The notes under the pieces are model-generated. The model ran no database searches. It was not told the DNA's origin and worked only from the letters and a program-made list of their open reading frames with translations. From the NCBI GenBank assembly GCA_964016885.1, contig OZ024740.1, positions 394,072,001-394,136,000 on the forward strand: DNA of 64,000 nucleotides, given 5' to 3'. Numbering within the stretch: the stretch's first letter is position 1; every line of letters begins with the position of its first letter. This DNA is from Eledone cirrhosa (Eukaryota). Below, piece by piece: positions 55,222-64,000 of this stretch. A program made the translations under genes and the position numbers.

Positions 55222-56178
55222 TATATATATTACAATATATATATATAATATATATATATATAATATATATATATAATATATATATAAAATATGCGTGTGT
55301 GTGTGTGTTTGTATGTGTGTGAGTTTGTGCATGTGTGTGTCTGTGTGTGTATGCATGTGTGTGTATGCATGTGTGTCTCCGTGCAAGTGTGTCTGTGTGT
55401 GTCTGTGTGTATCTGTGTGTGTATGTGTGTGTATGTGTGTGTATGTGTGTGTATGTGTGTGTGTGTGTGTAGCGATGTCTTGATGTTTGGCCATGATGAA
55501 TGTTAATTACGTCGTATCGAAATGGGTTCGCAGTCAGTGTTCTCTGAATCATTTTAAATCATACTGCAGTGTGTGGGAACATGTGTGTGTGTGTGAAAAT
55601 GTGTGTGTGTGAGCGTGTGTTTGTGTGAGCATCAGTGTGTATCAGCGTGTGTGTTTGTGAGCGTGTGTATGCGCGTGTGTGAACGTGTGTGTGCGTGTGT
55701 GTGTGAGCGTGTGTGTATGTGTGTGTGTGAGTGTGAGCGTGTGTTTGTGCATTTGGAACTCTTTTTTTCTAAAGTTTGGTTATATTTGCGCGTAGATATT
55801 TTGATAATTATATAAAATAATTTTACAGGTACTCATCATATATATCTGCATATGCTGGTATGTCTGACTGTATGTATGTATTTATGTATATATGTTTTTT
55901 ATATACAAACATATATGTGCCCGTAACCCCTGGTTGAGTGGTAAGAACACCGCTGTGACATACAATATTTTGGCGAATTTTTTAAAATCCGGAGGCGACT
56001 ATCACCTCTTCAGGTTTTAACGCAGCCGATTTCCTCCAGACATTGGGAGAAGAGAGAGGAAGTGAGGAACAGATATATAGAGGAAGAATTGACCTCAGTA
56101 CTGGGCTTGAGAAGGATGAAAGGCAACACTGGTACGAATACCGTAAAGCATTCTATCCAATTCGCTTTATAGAAGCCT

Positions 56179-56216
<38 letters not shown>

Positions 56217-56325
56217 GAAAAGATTCAGGACCCCGACGGCTGACCCCCGGCCGTTTCGACAGCTAGATCCGAGTACTCTGGTGCGTTATGGTCTACCTGG
56301 TATTTTACCACATCCTCTTTGTATT
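56217..56325. mobile_element. PLE-like tail family A, inverted and deleted
   Basis: CAGGACCCCGACGGCTGA..GTTTCGACAGCTAGATCCG joined to the opposite-strand tail. Confidence 0.7.
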
Positions 56326-57269
56326 ATATATATATAAGTTAAAACAATTAAATAAAAAATCAAGTCAAATACTTCACTGCTTTACGATCGTTTCTAGGTG
56401 ATGATAACACATTGTAGCTATACTCCGTTATTGATCTATGTAAGGTTAGTTACAAAATATCAGATAAAGAGAATATTTACTGACATGCATATCACCAGCT
56501 GTTTTCAAAAGCAATAATAATTTTATTCAGAATTAGTAGTATGTTAGTATCGTGTCCTTATTTGAAGGTAGTTGAAGAACTAACCAATCAAATTGTTTTT
56601 TTCATATGGTGTTAAGATGAAAATAAATACACTTTAGATGAGGTCATGACCCTTTGAAAGGAATGGTTGAATGGTGTTATATATATATATATATATATTA
56701 GAAAGTGAGGTTTTTTTTACAAAATGAAAAATAACCGAGGTGTCCTACACGAGTGAAAGTATAAAGAAAAAGAGATGAAATCGAAAATGCAACTGGAGTC
56801 TTATTTTTAAAAAATATATATATATATTTATTTGGTTCCTTTACCAGTTTGGCAGTTCTTCTGCTTTTCAAAAGGTGAGTTGAGATGGAGGGTCTGTGGT
56901 TTTTCTCACATCTGGTTGGTCTCTGAATGTTACTTGTTTTATATGGAAAAAGTGGCTCGAAATGCCAGGTTTTTCGAGAAGTAATTTGATTGGTTTGTCA
57001 ATAATTATAATAAATTTCGCGCCAGTTCGCGTTACAATAGTTCTTCAAATAAGAGGGGGGAGGGGGGTTGCCACAGGTTGTTTTTTTCATATATGAGTGT
57101 TTGAATTTCTTTTAACTTGAAAAAAGGGGCTCACGAAGGCTTTTTTTTTGGTTGGTTATAAATGAAATTATGGCTGTCACGTGAAGAAGTTTTCATTAAA
57201 TTTTCGTGCCCTTATTAGGAAATCCATTCTGTAGCCTTTTTAGAGAATTTTATGATAAGTGAAAGATAA

Positions 57270-57457
57270 TTGTTTCTACTTTTGGCACAAGGCCAGCAAT
57301 TACCCAGTGTATTACTAGTACTTTATTTTATCGACCTCGTAAGGATGAAAGGCAAAGTTAACCTCGGCGGGATTTGAACTCAGAATGGCAAGGGCCGTAA
57401 CTCTACGCGTCAAAGCATGGCGTCCGACCCTCTACCGATACTGCCAATCCATCGCCC
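57270..57457 (-). mobile_element. tRNA-derived SINE with 20-bp TSD
   Basis: TATGATAAGTGAAAGATAAT at 57251-57270 and 57458-57477. Confidence 0.92.
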
Positions 57458-57950
57458 TATGATAAGTGAAAGATAATGGTCAAGAGAAAGGGGTGGGAGA
57501 ATTGTTCTGGTTCAGTGAATATGGTTAGTTCGCTGGGGTGTCAGAATTCAGATTTTCTATTGAATAAAGAAAGTAAAGATATGTATGTTATTTGTGTGCT
57601 TGTGTGTGTGTGCGTGTGTGTGTGTGTGTTTGAATTTCTTTACTTTAAAAAAAAGGGTGGCTCACGAAGGCTTTTTTTTAATAAACGTGATTTGATTGGT
57701 TATAAATGAAATTTGGCTGTCACGTGAACAAGTTTTCATTACATTTTTGCGCCCTTATTTGGAAATCTATTTTGTAGCCTTTATAGAGAATGTTATGACA
57801 AGGGAAAGATAGTGGTCAAGAGAAATGGGATTGGGAGAATTGTTCTGGTTCAGTGAATATGGTTAGTTCGCTGGGGTGTCAGAGTTCAGATTTTCTATTG
57901 AAGTAAAGATATGTACGTTTATATATGTGTGTGTGTGTGTGTCTGTGTGT

Positions 57951-57992
<42 letters not shown>

Positions 57993-58468
57993 TGGAAGAT
58001 GATTCTATTAGTAGAAATGGGGGAGGGAGTTGTGTGTGTGTGTATATGGGTGTTATGTGTGTGTGTGCGAGTATGTTAAAATGGAGAGAATATATATTTT
58101 GTGTGTGTATATATGTGTGTAGGAAAGTGGTTCTATTAGTAGAAATGGGGGAGGGGAGTTGTGGGTGTGGGGGTTGTTATGTGTGTGTATGGGTGTTATA
58201 TGTGTGGGAGTATGGTTAGCATGTTAAGATGAAGAGAATATATATATATATATATATATATTGTGTGTATGTGTGTGTGTAGGAAAATGATTCCTTTAGT
58301 AGGAATATTTTTGAGTGAACATATTTTCCTTACTTATTCGTATTTGTTCTGTTGTATTGTCAGTGCAAACGTATGTTAAGGTTTATTTAGTTCGGGTTTT
58401 TATTTTCTAAAGTAGAAGGTGTTATATGTGTGTGTGTATGTCATATTATGGTGTTGACATAATGTATA

Positions 58469-58770
58469 TTAAACCATATTTAATGTTGGTCTATATTTTT
58501 GAATAAACATATTTTCCTTATTTATTCGTATTTGTTCTGTTGTATTGATAGCGCAAAGGTAAAATGGGAAGACTTGGAATTTGGGTGTCTTATTACTTGC
58601 GCAAATGTCTAGATGTGCACTTAGTGGTATCTGTCTCGTGGTTGGATCTCGTAATTGTTGGCGATGAACTGTCATTCTGTTTCTGAGTGTGAGTTTAGTT
58701 TGTCCTATATAATCTTCATTGCATCCTTTACATTTAATGGCATAAATTAGATTTTTTGATGAGCATAAAT
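58469..58770 (-). pseudogene. PLE GIY-YIG endonuclease fragment (Neptune-like); 3' region extends left with internal duplications
   Basis: NLIYAIKCKGCNEDYIGQT..LRNRMTVH...KENMFIQKYRPTLN. Confidence 0.85.
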
Positions 58771-59099
58771 TAGACCTATTGTATGTGAATCGAAAACACT
58801 ATTATCAATGTGTTCCTTGCAGTTTTTCAGCTGCGTCAAATGCTGTGCTAAAGTGTCATTTCAGGACTCTTGTCGTTCCTGAAAACTTGAAAAACTTGAC
58901 ATGCAATGTCTCTTTCTAGATTTACCTAATCTCATCGGGTCAACTGGAAAATGCGCGCATTCTCGTTCAAGCAAAGCCGGAATAAAATGACATATGATTA
59001 AAAAAGTAGCATATATTTATTCTTGGATTATACAAAAAGACTTAGAATTGAGTGGGTTATCGGGATTTGTGCTTAAGCTGCAAATTGATTTCATGAATC

Positions 59100-59560
59100 C
59101 CCCCTCCCCATATATAGTCTCCCATTATGTTTTCATTATATGATCCTTGTTAACGACCTTCAAAGTCAAGTATATCCTGGTGGAAGCGCTCACCTTGCTC
59201 TTCAGAGTATGCTCCTAATTTCCCCTTGAATTTATCAAGATGAGCGTCAAGGATATGTACTTTCTGCCGAGGTTCTTCACCAGGGTCACAACAAGCTTCC
59301 AGAGGAAGCCTCGAAACACTGCACGCTGCCTCCTCTGTATTAGCGAGCTTCATGGGGAATTACTTATACTTGATGAACTACCTTATTTGTGGTCCAACGA
59401 AGACACCGGGTTTCACTTTTGTCTCAGACACCTTAGGGAAGAAGTCACGAAGGTACTAGAAGGCTGCTGACTCCTCATCTAGAGCTGTAACAAACTGTTT
59501 CACAAGGCCCAATTTTAAGTGAAATGGTTGGATCAATATCTTCCGGGAATAAACCAGTGG
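59100..59560 (-). pseudogene. Chapaev3-like (CMC) transposase remnant
   Basis: HLKLGLVKQFVTALD, VFVGPQIR, KVHILDAHLD..SEEQGERFHQDI. Confidence 0.7.
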
Positions 59561-59893
59561 CTGTACAAGTCACAAAAGCAAAGTTAGAGGAGAATAATAC
59601 CCTTTTTCATGTGCTTTCTAGGAAATAACGCTTATTAACCAAAGACAAAAAAAGTAAAATGTTTGTAACATAGTGTTATAGACATATCTCAAATAATAGA
59701 TATATCTCAGACTATAATAACCAAAGTGTTTTCCTATATTGTAATCCGATTAGATGTGATTTGAGGAAGAATATATCATTATATATACACATATATATAT
59801 ATTATTATATATCAAAAGCATGTATTGAGTTAGAAACTCAAAATAGTCTCATTACAGTAAATTAGCTCTAGGAAAAAGATTTTTCCGAGCCGT

Positions 59894-60323
59894 ATATAAC
59901 TGAACAAAAAGGAAAATCGAACACAGACATATATATATGTGTGTTCAAATCGTAATGGACCAAAATCGCTAAGGTGAAAAAAATACTAACTACAGACAAT
60001 AGGGTTTGCTAGACTCAATTTAAGAATAAATTAAGAAAAATAAATACAAACCAGTATTGTGGTAACTACCATCACCCAGACGGTCTTTGATATAACCGTT
60101 TCGCAATACTATGCGAAACGGTTATATCAAAGACCGTCTGGGTGATGGTAGTTACCACAATACTGGTTTGTATTTATTTTTCTTAATTTATTCTTAAATT
60201 GAGTCTAGCAAACCCTATTGTCTGTAGTTAGTATTTTTTTCACCTTAACGATTTTGGTCCATTACGATTTGAACACACATATATATATGTCTGTGTTCGA
60301 TTTTCCTTTTTGTTCAGTTATAT
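59894..60323. repeat. Near-perfect hairpin (about 212-bp arms, 6-nt loop) centred in HHR stem II
   Basis: Each arm begins UGC-GAAA-CGGU..ACCG-UC. Confidence 0.9.
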
Positions 60324-60550
60324 TATTATATATACATATCTGTATATAATATTAAAAACTTAAATCATAGAAAATAAAAAAATCAATTATTATAATGATT
60401 GCTATATCATGACATTATTTAAATGACTAAAAGCAGTAAAAAACGTAGAATACTGTAATTTAAAGGAATATAAACATATAGAAATAAAATATGTCAAAGC
60501 GGTTATTTATGTTTCATTAATTAAACACACACACACACACACACACATAT

Positions 60551-60621
<71 letters not shown>

Positions 60622-60624
<3 letters not shown>

Positions 60625-60722
60625 GGTGTACCTCAAAAATGTATACACACTTTGAATTACTGTACAAGTAATATTTATTAGCATGCTGCTGAAATGTGTA
60701 TACATTTTTGAGGAACATCCTG
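60622..60722. mobile_element. Tc1/mariner MITE
   Basis: TIRs CAGGGTGTACCTCAAAAATGTATACAC / GTGTATACATTTTTGAGGAACATCCTG; TA flanks. Confidence 0.85.
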
Positions 60723-61127
60723 TATATATATATATATGTGTGTGTGTGTATGGTGTGTGTGTGTGTGTGTCTAATAAAACATAAATAACAGTATTAACGT
60801 AACGTCTCCGATACTGTCAGGGACTATTTGATTTTACATCTAGCCGTTAACACAACTTTCAATCGTATGCAAATAACCAGTGATGACAATGTGATATAGT
60901 ATTTAACTAATTTCGTAGTCTGTTTTTCTACTTACCATTTTTGCAGACATGTGCTATAGACACGTATATGTGAGCTACTTCATATGTGTATGTGCATACA
61001 TCCATTACACCTGCTTATATATATGGCTATAAACATATTTAAATAACCCTCCTTTCTCTCATTCTCTGTCTTTCTATCACTTTCTCCCCCCCCCTCTCTC
61101 TCTCTCTATATATATATATAATAGACG

Positions 61128-61177
<50 letters not shown>

Positions 61178-61684
61178 ATATAATATAATATAATATAATA
61201 TATATACATATATTTATATATATATTTATATATATATGTGTGTGTGTGTGTGCCTCGAAAGTCTATTAACAAATTTATTTTTTTGAAGTTTGTATTCTCT
61301 AATGGCTTGACTATTAGGCTTAGAAAATGGAGTTAAATGTATTTCCTATGCTAACTAAAGAGAAGGGGGTGGAGGCTTTGTTAACCTATCGAAGCCACCC
61401 ATATTAAGCAGACATATCGTACCCCATTCCCATGCCAGACATACATACTATTATGAATAAATTATTCAATAGACAACTAAAGAAGTATATCTATATGTGG
61501 ACGCAGACATGGCTGTGTGGAGAATAAGCTAATTTTGTAGCTTGATTGTTCTCTTATCCGAGTTCGATTTCTCTGTATGGTTATCTATGCATGTAACATC
61601 TACTGTAGTACCGACATCATGAAAAGTTGATGATCAGGAACGGTATGGGAACACCGTTTTTTCTTCAATTAAATTATAGATAAA

Positions 61685-61766
<82 letters not shown>

Positions 61767-61976
61767 GAGAGGGAGAGGGTGTGAGAGAGATGTTTTTCTA
61801 GATACATATCTGCAGAAAATTTAGTTACATAAGATAATCAGACATCTGTACCGTTACCTCCTCAGCTATGTTTCTGTCATGCAGTTTCGTGCATTAAGGT
61901 TGTACTGTATTTCTGATGCTCGTTTGCACAATTGATTGGGTAACTACTCTGTTGGTAACATGCATGAAATACGACA

Positions 61977-62009
<33 letters not shown>

Positions 62010-62772
62010 CACACACACACTCACACACACATACTCACACATATATATATATTCATAGAAATACACATACACACACACGTGTGTGTGTGTTACAGGTAGA
62101 AGTGAGTGATACGTACATAAAAGTTAAAAACATCCAACGCTGGACAGTCGAGTTTAATGGTATAATACAGTGAAGTGTTAAATTGCAATTGCTAATGGCT
62201 AGGGATGGTTTCATGCAATAATGTAATAATTACATAATGTTTTCATCTGGGAAATCTTGTACTAAATTGAGAGTTTTGCTTTCTTCCGGAGAAATGTAGA
62301 TGAAGGGAGACAAAGAATGATTCATCGATCGATTGATAGATCGATACATAAAAAGAAAGGAAAGTAGATAAATAGTAAAAAATATTGAATGAAAGAAAAA
62401 AGAAAGAAAGAAAGAAAAAGAAAGAAGACCCATCGAAGAAGAGGATAAATATAAACTTGCATGAGTAAGATTGTAATGTGAAGATTCTGGAGAGGGCGGT
62501 GGGAAATATCGAGTGTAAAGTGTTAATAATATGTTTGGAGGATAATATAAATATAAATATATCTGCAGTTCTACTGTTATCAGGGAGTAATTATCGCTAT
62601 TTCGTATCTTCAACGAGATTTCACCAAGACCTCAGAATGGACTTGTCTTCATATTTATATTCACCAGAACTTTGTATTTGGAATTATGGTAGATATCTCG
62701 TTGTTTTGAATATTTCAATATAAGTATTTATTTAGCAAGTGTCTAAATTACGTTTTGCTAACACTCTTATAG

Positions 62773-63918
62773 GGCACGTGGCCTAGTGTTAACGATGTTA
62801 CACTTACGATCATAATATCGTGGGTTCAATTCCTGGGCTGGGTTGCGTGTTTTGTTCTTGAACAAAACACTTCATTTCACATTGCTCCAGTATCAGACTC
62901 GGACTCAGAAGCTCCCGCGACGCATGAGGCAATCATAGTGTTCCATCGCGTTCGGTCAGCAGCCAGTTGCACAGCGTCCCACCATTGTCTGTTTGTCGCT
63001 CGCACGTCCCTCTCAACTGTCTGGCGCCAGTTCATTTTGGGTCGCCCTCTCCGTCTGCTTCCCTGCGGGCTCCATTTAAGTACTTGGTTCGCCAGTCTCT
63101 CCGGGGGAACTCTCAAAGCGTGTCCAAACCAGCCCAGGCGTCGCTTGCAGATGGTAGAAGAGACTAGCTGCTGGTTGGTGCGGTTCCTGACTTCCTCGTT
63201 TGTTACATGGTCACTCCATTTAATCCCCAGGATCTTTCGCAGACATCTGGAATCGAATGCGTCCAACTTCTTCTCTTGGCTGGTCTTAAGGTGCCATGTT
63301 TCACTTCCGTACAAGAGTGTGGACAGCCCGTTGGTGTTGTAGAATCTCATCTTTGTTTTGAGGGTGAACTTCCTGCTCTTCCAGATCTTGTCAAGCTGGT
63401 TAAATGCTGCTGAAGCCTTTCCCATTCTACATTGCAGTTCACTGTCCATGGTGCCCTCATTGTTAATGGAGCTTCCTAGGTTGGTGAAGTTATCCACTAT
63501 CTCCACATCCCCCTGTTCAATGAAGACACTGGTTGGTGGTGGGTGTGTCCCAGATAACATGCTTTTGGTCTTCTTGGCACTGATGTTGAGACCTAAGCTT
63601 CCTGCTTCGACATTGATATTGTTCTCTTTGCCATAGCCATTGACTGGGTACTAAGAAGAGCATCTAAAGACCAGGGTATATCTTGGGTGAGAGAGCAAAA
63701 TTTGTCTGACCTGGACTTTGCAGACGATATTGCTGCACTTGCAGAGAGCACAGCTCCAGAATACTCAACTGAAAATGAGAACCAACAATAGCTGGGGGTT
63801 TAACCCAGCAATGGACTGGCATCATGTCCAGGGGAAAGTCTCGTATTCTCAGTCGCTTCACGCCACGAAACCGGAATAAGCACCGGCCTAACGAACCTTC
63901 TGGCTTGAGACAGACTTC
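62773..63918 (+). mobile_element. Second tRNA-derived SINE family, split by a LINE insertion
   Basis: A box GTGGCCTAGTG, B box GGTTCAATTCC; resumes after GCTCCAG at about 63753. Confidence 0.65.
62891..63752 (-). mobile_element. RTE-clade LINE 3' fragment with 5' inversion
   Basis: Minus ORF: F.NLGS, LLYGSETW, RCLRKILGIKW, RGRPKMNW; plus-strand DLDFADDIA at about 63708-63735. Confidence 0.88.
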
Positions 63919-64000
63919 ATATGTTTTAGGCTTATAGGGTGCGGATCATGAGGGTAGAGTCAAATGTCATCAACATTTAGCTTTGCACTTTACACTCCCT

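Overview
Repeat-dominated, AT-rich eukaryotic DNA, most likely an octopus (coleoid cephalopod) intronic/intergenic region. This attribution is inferred from the tRNA-derived SINE family and the extreme (TA)n/(CA)n/(GA)n load. No complete host gene is recognisable; there are only 2-3 weak candidate exons or promoters. Identifiable elements: about 19 copies of one tRNA-derived SINE, a near-intact Naiad-type Penelope-like retroelement (RT + GIY-YIG, broken by an 8-bp duplication), other PLE, LINE, hAT, mariner and Chapaev remnants. The main unexpected signal is a dense set of type I hammerhead ribozymes (HHRs), about 18 complete or near-complete cores read by eye. Two sequence-unrelated tandem arrays (625-628 bp x4.6 and 591 bp x2.9), both embedded in (TA)n, carry one minus-strand HHR per unit. 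These HHRs share a covarying 6-bp pseudoknot with identical spacing, and one uses the compensatory U3-A8 core (UUGAUAA). A third pseudoknotted HHR lies in an inverted duplication. This suggests a family of unusually large retrozyme-like circular RNAs integrated by rolling-circle reverse transcription into TA microsatellites, plausibly by a Penelope-like RT. Many fold-back inserts have their junction inside HHR stem II. All structures were derived by manual inspection; none was computed or tested.
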